Of a stretch of 64,000 nucleotides of DNA, positions 1-8,604 are shown piece after piece. The notes under the pieces are model-generated. The model was not told the DNA's origin and ran no database searches. It saw nothing but the letters and a program-made list of their open reading frames with translations. How positions within the stretch are numbered: position 1 is the stretch's first letter; each line of letters begins with the position of its first letter. Made by a program: the position numbers and the translations under genes. Origin of the DNA: Clostridia bacterium (GTDB taxonomy: Bacteria > Bacillota > Clostridia > Oscillospirales > RGIG8002); the NCBI GenBank assembly GCA_017438525.1, contig JAFRVI010000023.1, positions 2,761 through 66,760 of the forward strand, written 5' to 3'.

Positions 1-1
1 C

Positions 2-646
2 CCGAACGCTTATCTGATCCTCTCCGGCGATCTGATCAACAACGCGACGCGCTCTTCCGTTTCCAACGTCTTCGAAGAGACGCTGCGGCCTATGGATCAG
101 AAGCGTCTGATGACGGAAATGCTGGAGCCGCTGCGGGACCGGATCCTCTGCGCCGTGCCCGGCAACCACGAGGCGCGCAGCGGCAAGGACGCGGACGATG
201 ATCCGATCTATGACATTATGGCGAAGCTCGATCTCGAGGAGCTCTACCGGCCCAACCTCGCCGTTGTCAAGATCCAGTGCGGCGACGTTTACAGCAACAG
301 CAACCTTAACCCCACATACACCATAGCCACGGTGCACGGAGCCGGCGGCGGTATCTACACCGGCGCGACGGTCAACCGCGCCGAACGCTTCGGCAACGTG
401 CTCGAAGGCGCGGACGTTCTGATCACCGGCCATTCGCACAAGGCGTTTATGACGAAGCCGGGCAAGCTCGTGATCAATAAGCAGAAGAATATCGTCACGC
501 AGCGCCCTTACTTCGTCGTCGGGCTGACGAGCTGGATGGACTACGGCGGCTACGCAATGCGCAAAATGCTGCTGCCGGGATCGCATATGGCGCAGGTCGT
601 TCACCTCGGCGGTCAGCGCTTCTCCGTTTCCGTCGAGGCGGCCTGA
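2..646 (+). CDS. Calcineurin-like metallophosphoesterase (5'-truncated by window edge)
   Basis: The frame is open from position 2. Motifs GNHE and GHSH are typical of the metallophosphoesterase fold. Confidence 0.7.
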   Translation, partial: PNAYLILSGDLINNATRSSVSNVFEETLRPMDQKRLMTEMLEPLRDRILCAVPGNHEARSGKDADDDPIYDIMAKLDLEELYRPNLAVVKIQCGDVYSNSNLNPTYTIATVHGAGGGIYTGATVNRAERFGNVLEGADVLITGHSHKAFMTKPGKLVINKQKNIVTQRPYFVVGLTSWMDYGGYAMRKMLLPGSHMAQVVHLGGQRFSVSVEAA

Positions 647-692
647 CCGAAACCCCTTTCTTCCTCGTCCGCTCCGCACGGCGGCGGGGGCC

Positions 693-728
693 GACTTCCT
701 TCATAAATGGGTTTGACTTCCTTCATAA
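693..728. repeat. Two 14-bp direct repeats GACTTCCTTCATAA (693-706, 715-728) in the intergenic region upstream of the recombination module
   Basis: Exact repeats read directly, 22 bp centre to centre. GC-rich hairpin at 761-782 and palindrome GTGAC-N4-GTCAC at 804-817 lie nearby. Confidence 0.5.
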
Positions 729-843
729 TTTGATTTCCTATACTGTCTTTTTGCTTATGAGCCCGCCGGTGCGGCGGCGGGCGCCTCTTACGACTCTCAT
801 AACGTGACAACCGTCACAAAAAAACTAAAAGGAGTGAAAACAA

Positions 844-1518
844 GTGTTCGGAGAAAAAACTGAAGAGTATTCCCGCAAACAGCGCACGAACCTGCCGGTC
901 TACAAAACCGCGAAGTATAACGAGGCGCGGAAAGAGGCGGAGGAACTGCTGAAAAAGCACGAGGCGCTCACGGAGGGCGACTTCTGGATCCTGATGCACG
1001 AGACGGCGAACGGCGACAAAATGAGCTATGACGGCCTCATCATCGCGCACACCGCCTGTCTGAAGCTCAACGACGGGCAGCCGGAGGCGCGCCGCTTCCG
1101 TCCGGATTGTATGACGCTCGACAAAGAGGGCTACGGCGGCAGTCTCGTCTATACCTATTCCTGTCCGGAGCAGGGGATATTCGAAGTCGGCGAAGTGAAC
1201 GCGAAAAACTGCACAGTCGCTTACCCTTACGCGATGGCGCTCAAGCGCTGCTTCGACCGCGTCGTGCTGAAGCTGACGAAGATCGCATACCACGGCGTCC
1301 TGTCGGACAGCGAAGCCGAGGAGCTGAAGGGCGACGAGGAGCGCGAGCCGATCCCGGAAGATCTTCTGAGGGCGTGCGAGGAGCTCGACCTCGACCTTGA
1401 CAAGCTCGCTGCGTATCTGAAGAAGACCGTCGACAAGCTGACGCCGGCGGAGGTCGAGAGCGCCGTCAGACGCAAGCGCGCCGCCCTCGAGAAGATGAAG
1501 GCAAAGGAGGGCAAGTGA
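844..1518 (+). CDS. Phage protein, possible Rad52/Sak-like single-strand annealing protein
   Basis: GTG start 8 nt after AAGGAG. The C-terminal core motif AYPYAMALKRCFDRVVLKL resembles Rad52-type annealing proteins. It sits beside an exonuclease, a NinB-like protein and SSB. The function is tentative. Confidence 0.35.
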   Translation: MFGEKTEEYSRKQRTNLPVYKTAKYNEARKEAEELLKKHEALTEGDFWILMHETANGDKMSYDGLIIAHTACLKLNDGQPEARRFRPDCMTLDKEGYGGSLVYTYSCPEQGIFEVGEVNAKNCTVAYPYAMALKRCFDRVVLKLTKIAYHGVLSDSEAEELKGDEEREPIPEDLLRACEELDLDLDKLAAYLKKTVDKLTPAEVESAVRRKRAALEKMKAKEGK

Positions 1519-2090
1519 TGACTGATAATTTATTCGTGATGGATCCGCACGAGATCGAATACGCCTACCGCCACGCGACGAACAAGCGCCAGCAGATAAG
1601 CATACTCGCGGATCTCAATTCCTGCTCGAATCAGAAGATAATCGACTTCCTCAAGGAGCGCGGGATCGAAGTGGAAAAACGCCCGTATAAGAAACACGAA
1701 AAGCCCGCGCCCTTCACGCTCGCCGAGGCCGTGCCGGCGCCCGCTGAAGCGCCGCAGCCGGTCGCGGAAACCCCGCAGGTCTGTCATCCGGAGCGAGCGA
1801 AGGATCCCGCACCTCTCTCTGTCATCCCGAGGGCGAAACCCGAGGGATCCCCCGCCGAAACCGGCGGCGCGGAAGAGGCCATCCCTATCCATACGCTCGA
1901 CGTCTCCGCCGAAGAGGCGCGGATCATCGCTACCGTGCTGGAGCACACCGCCGCCCGCTGCTCGCAGGAGATCTTCCGGATCAAGCGCGAGATAAAGGAG
2001 AAGGAGGAAGCTCTTTCGGAGCAGGAGACGCTTTCCCGGCAGCTTTCCGCGCTGCTCGGCAAATTCGGGGTGGTGTCGGATGTACGTTGA
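1518..2090 (+). CDS. Hypothetical phage protein (Pro/Ala-rich linker, C-terminal coiled coil)
   Basis: ATG lies 7 nt after AAAGGAGGG and overlaps the upstream stop. No recognisable domain. Confidence 0.6.
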   Translation: MTDNLFVMDPHEIEYAYRHATNKRQQISILADLNSCSNQKIIDFLKERGIEVEKRPYKKHEKPAPFTLAEAVPAPAEAPQPVAETPQVCHPERAKDPAPLSVIPRAKPEGSPAETGGAEEAIPIHTLDVSAEEARIIATVLEHTAARCSQEIFRIKREIKEKEEALSEQETLSRQLSALLGKFGVVSDVR

Positions 2091-2931
2091 GTTTATTCCG
2101 GAAAACCACACATATTACTGCGACGGCGAGCCCGTCCCGTCGGTAACGCAGATACTGCACCGGCAGGGGATAGCGCCGGAGTATTCCGACGTCGCGCCCG
2201 GCGTGCTTGAGAAGGCGGCGGCGCGCGGCACGCTGATCCACGAGGAGATACAGCGGTATATCGAGGACGGCGAGATCGGAATGACCGAGGAGTTCGCGCT
2301 TTTCGTCGAGCTGTGCGAAAAGGAGGGGCTGGAGTTCTACGCCAGCGAGGAGGTGCTGTGCGACGGATCCGTCGCCGGCACCGCCGACCTGATCGGCACG
2401 CACGACAAAAAGCGTCTGCTTGCCGATCTGAAGACGACCGCGACCGAAGACCGCGAATACTGGCGCTGGCAGCTCGGCGTCTATAACTACATCGGCAAGC
2501 TGAACGCCGAGGAGTTCGCCGTCATCCACCTGCGGCCGGAGAAGGCGTCGTTTATCCAGCTGACGCCGCCTTCGGAGGACGAGATCGCGGAAATGCTGGA
2601 GGCGGAGGCGCAGAGCGTGCTTTACGCGCCGCCGGAGGTGATCTCTCCGGAGCTGATACTGAAGGCGGCGAAGACGCAGCACGAGCTGCAGGCGGCGAAG
2701 GACGCCTTCGAGGTCGTAAAACGGGAGCTGCACGACCTTTTCGTCAAGTCCGGCTCCGGCGTCGCCTCCCACGGCGACGTGAAGATAACCTTCACGCCGC
2801 CCCGCAAGACCGAGCGTATCGATACGGCGAAGCTGAAAAAGGAGCAGCCGGAGCTGGCGAAACAGTACACGGTCGAATCGATCACCGCCGGCACGGTGCG
2901 TATATCGGTCAAGGGTGAAAGGAGCGAGTGA
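2080..2931 (+). CDS. PD-(D/E)XK family exonuclease (phage RecB/YqaJ-like)
   Basis: N-terminal H-x-Y..PSVTQIL, then GTADLIG...LADLKTT (D...D-x-K nuclease motif). Translationally coupled to its neighbours. Confidence 0.6.
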   Translation: MYVEFIPENHTYYCDGEPVPSVTQILHRQGIAPEYSDVAPGVLEKAAARGTLIHEEIQRYIEDGEIGMTEEFALFVELCEKEGLEFYASEEVLCDGSVAGTADLIGTHDKKRLLADLKTTATEDREYWRWQLGVYNYIGKLNAEEFAVIHLRPEKASFIQLTPPSEDEIAEMLEAEAQSVLYAPPEVISPELILKAAKTQHELQAAKDAFEVVKRELHDLFVKSGSGVASHGDVKITFTPPRKTERIDTAKLKKEQPELAKQYTVESITAGTVRISVKGERSE

Positions 2932-3482
2932 TGTTTGTCGGAACACTTGAGCGCGTGAGCTTCGACGACGAGGGGAACACGATCGTTTCCTTCCTCTCGA
3001 AAGACCGCAGCGCCGCGCGTCAGACCGCGCAGGCGGCGAAGGAAATAGGCGCCTGCAGGATAAGCGTCGCGAAGGCGCAGGAAACGCCGCGCTCGCTGAA
3101 CGCAAATTCGTATTTTCATCTGCTCGTCAACAGGATCGCGGCTAAGGTGCGCGGTTCTGACGACGACGTAAAGCGCGATATGGTGCTCAAATACGGCGCC
3201 GTCCTGACCGAGAACGGCGGACCCGTCGGTCTGAAGCTGCCGGTGGCGAACGATCCTACGCTCATATATCCATACTGCAAGCTGTTCGATACCCGCACGG
3301 ATAACGGTGTCGAGTTCAACTGCTGGCTGCTCTACAAGCGCACGCATACGCTGAACACGGCTGAAATGTCCCGCCTCATCGACGGCGTCGTCTATGAGGC
3401 GAAGGAGCTGGGGATCGAAACGGAAACGCCCGAGGCGCTCGCCCGGATGAAATCGTTATGGAAGGAGAGAGAAAGCGAATGA
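2931..3482 (+). CDS. NinB/Orf-like recombination mediator (tentative)
   Basis: The segment PRSLNANSYFHLLVNRIA parallels the lambda NinB segment NRSLDQNRKLWACLGDVS. It lies in a recombination-module context. Confidence 0.4.
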   Translation: MFVGTLERVSFDDEGNTIVSFLSKDRSAARQTAQAAKEIGACRISVAKAQETPRSLNANSYFHLLVNRIAAKVRGSDDDVKRDMVLKYGAVLTENGGPVGLKLPVANDPTLIYPYCKLFDTRTDNGVEFNCWLLYKRTHTLNTAEMSRLIDGVVYEAKELGIETETPEALARMKSLWKERESE

Positions 3483-3769
3483 TAATGATATGCAACAACT
3501 GCGGCGCAACGTTCGAGGACGACGAGTTCGTCACCGAAACACAGTGCGTCGGCGAATGCTGGGGACAGCCCGCGTACGAGAGCTTCAGCGTCGCGCCCTG
3601 CTGCGGCGAGTACGACTGCAGGGAGGCGCACTGCGAGGATTGCGCGCACGCCGTGCCGTACAAGCCCGAGGAATACGACGACGCCTACACCTGCGATCTC
3701 GATAACAACCGCGTGGACCAATACGACGAGGCGTGCTCCTCATTCGAGCTGAAGGAGGCGGAAGAATGA
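3479..3769 (+). CDS. Small Cys-rich (zinc-ribbon-like) phage protein
   Basis: ATGA overlap with the upstream stop. CNNCG ... C..C..C pattern. Confidence 0.55.
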   Translation: MIMICNNCGATFEDDEFVTETQCVGECWGQPAYESFSVAPCCGEYDCREAHCEDCAHAVPYKPEEYDDAYTCDLDNNRVDQYDEACSSFELKEAEE

Positions 3770-4023
3770 TACACGATTTGAAAATATCGCCCGTATGCTT
3801 TGACGCGGTCGCGCAGGGTATCAAACCGTTCGAGGTGCGCAAAATCGATAGGTTGTTCAGTGTAGGCGATGTGCTGCGGTTGCGCGAATGGTACGGCAAT
3901 GTGTATACGCTGCGAACCACGCGTAAGGTAATTACCTACATACTCAACGATCCCGACTACTGCAAGGAGGGCTACGTCATTCTCGGACTCGCCCCGGCAA
4001 CGCGAGAGGAGAAAGAAGTATGA
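3766..4023 (+). CDS. DUF3850 / ASCH-like domain protein
   Basis: HDLKISPVCFDAVAQGIKPFEVRKIDRLFSVGDVLRLREW matches the DUF3850 signature. ATGA overlap at both ends. Confidence 0.7.
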   Translation: MIHDLKISPVCFDAVAQGIKPFEVRKIDRLFSVGDVLRLREWYGNVYTLRTTRKVITYILNDPDYCKEGYVILGLAPATREEKEV

Positions 4024-4289
4024 TACACGATCCAGTCAACCATCCGTCGCACTACTGTGACGGCGGAATTGAGACCATCGATTTCATCGAAGCCAAACAA
4101 CTGCCCTATCATCTCGGGAACGCGGTGAAGTACATAAGCCGCGCCGGTAAGAAGGATGACGAGCTTCAGGATCTCCGCAAGGCGCGGTGGTATCTCGACA
4201 GATATATACAGCTGCGCGAACACGAAATACTCGATTATAAGAAGGAGCAACCTGAAAATTACCTGTTAAACGAAGGAGGACAAAAATGA
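4020..4289 (+). CDS. DUF3310 family phage protein
   Basis: HY..GGIETIDFIEA...GNAVKYISRAGKK...DLRKARWYL is the typical DUF3310 pattern. Confidence 0.7.
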   Translation: MIHDPVNHPSHYCDGGIETIDFIEAKQLPYHLGNAVKYISRAGKKDDELQDLRKARWYLDRYIQLREHEILDYKKEQPENYLLNEGGQK

Positions 4290-4546
4290 CAAGCGTAAAC
4301 GTACCCGTGAAGCCGAACGGCACGGTATATACCATCGAGCAGCTCCACGGCAGGCCCTGCGTCGTCGGTCACGACGTAACGCAGTTGACGATCAACTCCG
4401 CCGGCGCGGTGAGTATAACTTACGACGCGTTCGGCAGTGTGAAAACGGCTATGCCCTCACAGCTCGGCGTTTCCGTCTTTACCGACGCGATCGACGCGAT
4501 GAACGAGCTGGTAAAGCGCGTGAAGCGGGGAGGCGGCGAAGCGTGA
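4286..4546 (+). CDS. Hypothetical phage protein
   Basis: Coupled ORF with an SD (GAAGGAGG) upstream. No domain recognised. Confidence 0.55.
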   Translation: MTSVNVPVKPNGTVYTIEQLHGRPCVVGHDVTQLTINSAGAVSITYDAFGSVKTAMPSQLGVSVFTDAIDAMNELVKRVKRGGGEA

Positions 4547-4872
4547 GGAAGATCCACGTTGCGATAAAGGAGCTCGGCAGGGCGCCGCGCTCCGTCTGGA
4601 TCTCGCCGACGAGGGAAAACCTCGAAAAGCACGTCGGCGGTATGGTGGTGAACACTTTTCTTGCGAAGGATCTTATCCTGATCTCCCGCGCTGACGCGGA
4701 GTTCGCCGGCGAGGGGCTGACGGCGCAGATAGCGCACCGCAGATACTTCGGCACGCTCATTTTCGCGGGCGCGGACGGGAAGGGATATACAGACCTGCCC
4801 TGCAGCTGGAGTGAGCTCAGAACCCTTTTTCCGCAGCTCTGGGAGGACGTTCCGGAGCAGGTGAGATCGTGA
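4543..4872 (+). CDS. DUF3846-like phage protein
   Basis: GTGA overlap start. The pattern ...LEKHVGG...GTLIFAG... resembles DUF3846. Confidence 0.45.
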   Translation: MRKIHVAIKELGRAPRSVWISPTRENLEKHVGGMVVNTFLAKDLILISRADAEFAGEGLTAQIAHRRYFGTLIFAGADGKGYTDLPCSWSELRTLFPQLWEDVPEQVRS

Positions 4873-4880
4873 GGTAATCA

Positions 4881-5180
4881 ATGAACAGACGGACTAAGGC
4901 CCTGATGATCCCGCCGCGCGTCAAAGCGGCGGTTATGGAGCGCGACGGCGGCCGCTGTATCTTCTGCGGCCGCCCCGGGCTCCCGGAGGCGCATTATATC
5001 CCGCGTTCGCAGGGAGGGCTCGGGATAAAGGAGAACGTCGTGACTGTCTGCCGCGAGTGTCACGACCTGCTTGATAATTCAACGAAGCGCCGGGGAATGC
5101 TGCGCTTTGTCCGGCGCTATCTGAATGCGATCTATCCGGGCTTTCCGGACAGTTCGAGAACTTATAAAAAGGAAGTGTAA
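4881..5180 (+). CDS. HNH endonuclease
   Basis: CIFCG...EAHYIPRSQGG...NVVTVCRECHDLLDN (HNH beta-beta-alpha metal finger). Confidence 0.85.
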   Translation: MNRRTKALMIPPRVKAAVMERDGGRCIFCGRPGLPEAHYIPRSQGGLGIKENVVTVCRECHDLLDNSTKRRGMLRFVRRYLNAIYPGFPDSSRTYKKEV

Positions 5181-5182
5181 AA

Positions 5183-5647
5183 ATGCTGAATAAAGTCGTG
5201 ATAATGGGGCGCCTGACCGCCGTCCCCGAATTAAAGAAGACGCCGGGCGATATTTCCGTCTGCTCCTTCACAGTAGCGGTCGACCGCGACTTCAAAAACG
5301 ACGCCGGCGAACGCAAGGCGGATTTCATCCCCTGCGTCGCCTGGCGCGAAAAAGCCGATTTCATATGTAAATACTTCGGCAAAGGCGCGATGGTCGCCGT
5401 CTGCGGCCGGCTCGAGAGCCGGCAGTACGAAACGAAGGAGGGGCAGAAGCGCACCGCTTACGAGGTCGTCTGCGAACAGATCTCTTTCACCGGCGAGAAA
5501 AAAGAGGAGGGGAAGCGTTCCGGAGAGCCGGCGCCGTCTTATCCGGGGTTCGAACCGCCGGCGGGACGTCGGCGTGAACCGGAGCCGCCGGAGCCCTCGG
5601 ACGAAGATTTCGCCTCTTATGATCCGGAAGACGATCTCCCGTTCTGA
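5183..5647 (+). CDS. ssb: Single-stranded DNA-binding protein
   Basis: OB-fold N-terminus MLNKVVIMGRLT..PELK, then a Gly/Pro/Glu-rich tail ending in the acidic tip DDLPF. Confidence 0.95.
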   Translation: MLNKVVIMGRLTAVPELKKTPGDISVCSFTVAVDRDFKNDAGERKADFIPCVAWREKADFICKYFGKGAMVAVCGRLESRQYETKEGQKRTAYEVVCEQISFTGEKKEEGKRSGEPAPSYPGFEPPAGRRREPEPPEPSDEDFASYDPEDDLPF

Positions 5648-5691
5648 GCTTACTATCTGCCGTCAGTATAAATAAAGTGTAAGGAGAAAGT

Positions 5692-6546
5692 ATGGAACGT
5701 AATTCATTCGTATTATACTGCGATTATGCGGAATATCTCAACGAGCTGACCGATGAAGAAGTCGGTCAGCTCACCCGCGCTATATTTCAATACGCCGCCA
5801 CGGGCGAAGAGCCGGCCTTCAGAGGCGTACTGAAGCTCGCCTGGATCGCGATAAGACAGGGGATGGACCGCAACAGCGACCGGTACGAGCGCCGCGCCTC
5901 GGCGGGCCGAAGAGGCGGCAGACCGAAAAAGGACGAAGATCCCGCGGAGCCGGCCGATGAGCCCTCCGAAGAGGAAAGCGCGCCGGAAACGCCTCCGAAA
6001 AAAACAAAAAAAGCAAACGAAAGCAAAGATACAAATGCTTTTGAGAAAAAAAGCAAAGAAACAAATGCTTTTGAATGCTTTTCCGACGAAAAAGCAAACG
6101 AAAGCAAAGATACAAATGCTTTTGAGTCGGACGGTGTACGTGTACGTGAACGTGAACGTGTTCGTGATCCTGTACGTGTTCGTGATCGTGAACGTGAGCG
6201 TGAGCGTGAACGTGCTCCCGCGGCCGCGGGGGCCGATCCGCGCACGCCCCGGGGAAAATACGGCCACGTTTTGCTTTCGGAATCTGAACTGAAGGAGCTC
6301 TGCGCGCTTTGCGGCAAGGAGCTTTCCTTCACCACGCCCGACGAGCTTATCCGGACGCTCGACGAATACATCGAGGCGAAGCCGGAGTATAAAAGCGCGA
6401 ACCACCTTATCACGCTGAAGGGCTGGGTGGCGGACAAAGTCGCGGAGCAGCATAAAAAGGATCGGCCGAAGGAGCGTTCCTTTTCCGCTTCAGACGTCAG
6501 CGCTTATGAGGAGTGGGGAAAGAAGAAGGTGCGGGGTGAAACGTGA
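5692..6546 (+). CDS. Phage replication initiator / replisome organiser (DUF6291/DnaD-like)
   Basis: N-terminus NSFVLYCDYAEYLNELTDEEVGQLTRAIFQYA is typical of the phage replisome-organiser N-domain. The central part of the ORF carries the repeat block. Confidence 0.6.
   Translation: MERNSFVLYCDYAEYLNELTDEEVGQLTRAIFQYAATGEEPAFRGVLKLAWIAIRQGMDRNSDRYERRASAGRRGGRPKKDEDPAEPADEPSEEESAPETPPKKTKKANESKDTNAFEKKSKETNAFECFSDEKANESKDTNAFESDGVRVRERERVRDPVRVRDRERERERERAPAAAGADPRTPRGKYGHVLLSESELKELCALCGKELSFTTPDELIRTLDEYIEAKPEYKSANHLITLKGWVADKVAEQHKKDRPKERSFSASDVSAYEEWGKKKVRGET
6010..6213. repeat. AT-rich iteron-like direct repeats (6010-6045 and 6091-6126 identical; degenerate copy 6052-6074) followed by 13 tandem hexamers GNNCGT (6136-6213), all inside the organiser gene
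   Basis: Read directly. AAAGCAAACGAAAGCAAAGATACAAATGCTTTTGAG occurs twice. The hexamers encode a (V/E/D)R dipeptide run. Local GC is visibly far below that of the flanks. Confidence 0.9.
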
Positions 6547-6944
6547 GATCTTACACCTTCAGCGCCCCGATCAAGCTGCCGGGGCTGAATGAGTATACAT
6601 ACGCCTGCAGGTCGCACGCTCAGGTCGGCGCCGCGCTGAAGCGCGATACCGAGGACGCGCTGCGGTGGTTCATCCGCGCGCAGCTCGGCAAGCTCGTGAA
6701 GGATAAAAAGCTGCCGGCGCGTGCTCCGGTGAAGGTGTATTTCCGCTGGACTGAGGCAGGGAAGCGCCCGAGGGATAAGGACAACATCGCGTTCGCCAAA
6801 AAGTTCGTCCTTGACGCGCTCGTCGCCGAGAAGGTGCTGCTCTCGGACGCCTGGGACTACGTCGACAGCTTCGAAGACAGCTTCTTCCGCGGCCCGCGCT
6901 ACGGCGTGACCGTGGATATAACCGTGCTGGAAAAGGAGAGGTGA
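6543..6944 (+). CDS. rusA: RusA-like Holliday junction resolvase
   Basis: LPGLNEY...RPRDKDNIAFAKKFVLDALV...LSDAW parallels RusA RRRDLDNL.K...DAL...DD. Confidence 0.6.
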   Translation: MRSYTFSAPIKLPGLNEYTYACRSHAQVGAALKRDTEDALRWFIRAQLGKLVKDKKLPARAPVKVYFRWTEAGKRPRDKDNIAFAKKFVLDALVAEKVLLSDAWDYVDSFEDSFFRGPRYGVTVDITVLEKER

Positions 6945-6948
6945 GAAA

Positions 6949-7170
6949 ATGAACTATTGGTGTACAACGAAGGGGTGCGAGTGTCCTCACGCGACGTATG
7001 ACGGACGCTGCACGATCACGGCTTGTACGAAGGGGCCTGCTGTGAGAGTGTATGTGGAGACGAATATCTACGACGAGGTCGAGGAGATCCCGAACTGCAC
7101 GGTGCAGATCTTGCGTAATTCGGTGACCGGCGAGATTTCAGTCGGATGGTACAGATCGACGGAGGAGTAA
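6949..7170 (+). CDS. Small Cys-rich hypothetical phage protein
   Basis: SD GGAGAGG upstream. The 73-aa ORF has 6 Cys. Confidence 0.5.
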   Translation: MNYWCTTKGCECPHATYDGRCTITACTKGPAVRVYVETNIYDEVEEIPNCTVQILRNSVTGEISVGWYRSTEE

Positions 7171-7391
7171 TGGGATACCGGCATATTTACTGGCGCTGTC
7201 CGTATTTCACGGACGACCGGAAGGAAGAGATCCTGTGCGAGGGCGGGTACAGGTTAATTTTCCCGAACGATAAAAAGCTGAAAAAATATGCCGCCGCATA
7301 CTGCTGCAGCGTCGACGGGTACCGTCAGTGCCCGATCGCGGCCCAGCTGGAGCAGGAGTACGACGAGTTTTTCCGGAAACGGGAAAAGTAA
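7170..7391 (+). CDS. Small Cys-rich hypothetical phage protein
   Basis: TAATG overlap with the upstream stop. Pattern CPYF...C.....CC.....C. Confidence 0.5.
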   Translation: MGYRHIYWRCPYFTDDRKEEILCEGGYRLIFPNDKKLKKYAAAYCCSVDGYRQCPIAAQLEQEYDEFFRKREK

Positions 7392-7407
7392 ATAATGGGA
7401 GGTAAAG

Positions 7408-7860
7408 ATGTCAAACAATAAACAGACGGCGGATTTCTACCGCCGTAAATGCCGCGCGCTGATGAAGGAGAAGGAGGAGCTGCTGAGGGGAACGGGGCAG
7501 CTCAGCGCGATCCTTGACGGGACGCTCGTGCAGATCTGCAAGAAGTACGGAGTGCCGGTTTATGAGGATGATCCGGAAAGCCGGGAGCTTACGGAAGGGA
7601 ACGGTCGCGCTCCGGTGACAGAGGGGAAGCTCGTCAGCACCGGCAGGGAGTTCGAGCCGATCGGCTGGCGGATAGAGATCCCGGAGCCGGCGCTCGACGG
7701 CTGCCGGATCAAGGCGACAAAGCGCGACGGGAAGTATATAATCGGCGCCGTGGTCACGGCAGATTTTGAAAAAATGCAAAAATCTGCCGAAAAAACCTCC
7801 GGAAATGTGCAGGATATACCCGATCGGGGGCAAAATATGCCCGAAGTGAAGGGCTCGTGA
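7408..7860 (+). CDS. Hypothetical phage protein (last early-module gene)
   Basis: SD GGGAGG 7 nt upstream of the ATG. Followed by a strong terminator. Confidence 0.55.
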   Translation: MSNNKQTADFYRRKCRALMKEKEELLRGTGQLSAILDGTLVQICKKYGVPVYEDDPESRELTEGNGRAPVTEGKLVSTGREFEPIGWRIEIPEPALDGCRIKATKRDGKYIIGAVVTADFEKMQKSAEKTSGNVQDIPDRGQNMPEVKGS

Positions 7861-7874
7861 GGGAAAACAGGCAA

Positions 7875-7908
7875 ACAAAAAAAGGACGGTTGAGCCGTCC
7901 TTTTTTTA
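7875..7908. terminator. Bidirectional rho-independent terminator
   Basis: A-run, stem GGACGG/CCGTCC, then a T-run, between convergent genes 7408-7860 (+) and hicB (-). Confidence 0.8.
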
Positions 7909-7930
7909 TTACACACTTATTATACGCGCA

Positions 7931-8338
7931 TTATCTGCCCGATACTTTCAATTCAGAACGAAGTGCCTTCTGAAGAACCGCGGAGACGTTTATCCCGCTC
8001 TCGGACGCGGCCGTATCAAGCCACATCGGAAGCGTTACGTTGCGGCGCACGGTGCGATTATCATGCCTGCGTCTGTAGTCGGCGAGATCGACGTCGACAA
8101 GAGTTATGATATCTTTCTTTTTTGCCGCGACGTTTTCGATGGGCGTAGACGAGGGAAGTGCGCGCCCTTCGTCTTCATAAACGATGCCGAGCAGTCCGAT
8201 GGCGTCTCTCGCCATAAGCATGGCGTCTGCTTCGTCTTTGCCCTCGGTATTGACGTCAAAATCCGGAATGTAGACGAGATATCCGCCTTCTATCGGCGTC
8301 AGCGTAATGGGATACACCACTTTTTTGGGGTTGGTCAT
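7931..8338 (-). CDS. hicB: HicB-family antitoxin with C-terminal RHH/CopG-like DNA-binding tail
   Basis: YPITLTPIEGGYLVYIPDFDVNTEGKDEADAMLMARDAI is the HicB N-domain. The C-terminus VTLPMWLDTAASESGINVSAVLQKAL is ribbon-helix-helix-like. Confidence 0.85.
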   Translation of the reverse strand: MTNPKKVVYPITLTPIEGGYLVYIPDFDVNTEGKDEADAMLMARDAIGLLGIVYEDEGRALPSSTPIENVAAKKKDIITLVDVDLADYRRRHDNRTVRRNVTLPMWLDTAASESGINVSAVLQKALRSELKVSGR

Positions 8339-8376
8339 AATGTTTCCTCCTGTAGGTCGTAACTCCTCTTTATCGG

Positions 8377-8604
8377 TTACAGCTTTCTCCTCCTGATGAT
8401 CGCTTTCGCGAGTTGCTCGTTTATTTCTTTGTGCCGGGGGATGATCTCGAATTCTTTGCCGTCGGTATACACGTCATGGCTTCCGCCGCTCCGGAGAAAC
8501 CGCCAGCTTTTCTTTTCAAGGAGCTTGATAAGATCTCTTCGCTTCGTAAAGCTCACCTCCGCAGGTTTATTTTTCCCTCTCACAATCATATTATACACAC
8601 TCAA
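8377..8604 (-). CDS. hicA: HicA-family mRNA interferase toxin (start codon uncertain)
   Basis: LIKLLEKKSWRFLRSGGSHDVYTDGK..IIPRHKEINEQLAKAIIRR is the HicA dsRBD-like signature. The ORF's first two ATGs (8604, 8589) lie upstream of or inside a consensus promoter. Confidence 0.8.
   Translation of the reverse strand: MSVYNMIVRGKNKPAEVSFTKRRDLIKLLEKKSWRFLRSGGSHDVYTDGKEFEIIPRHKEINEQLAKAIIRRRKL

Noticed and set aside
5713-6453. 246-aa and 216-aa minus-strand ORFs across the organiser gene repeat block.
   Set aside because: They are antisense artefacts generated by the repeat region. The sense ORF has an SD, a recognisable N-domain and coupling to the downstream gene.
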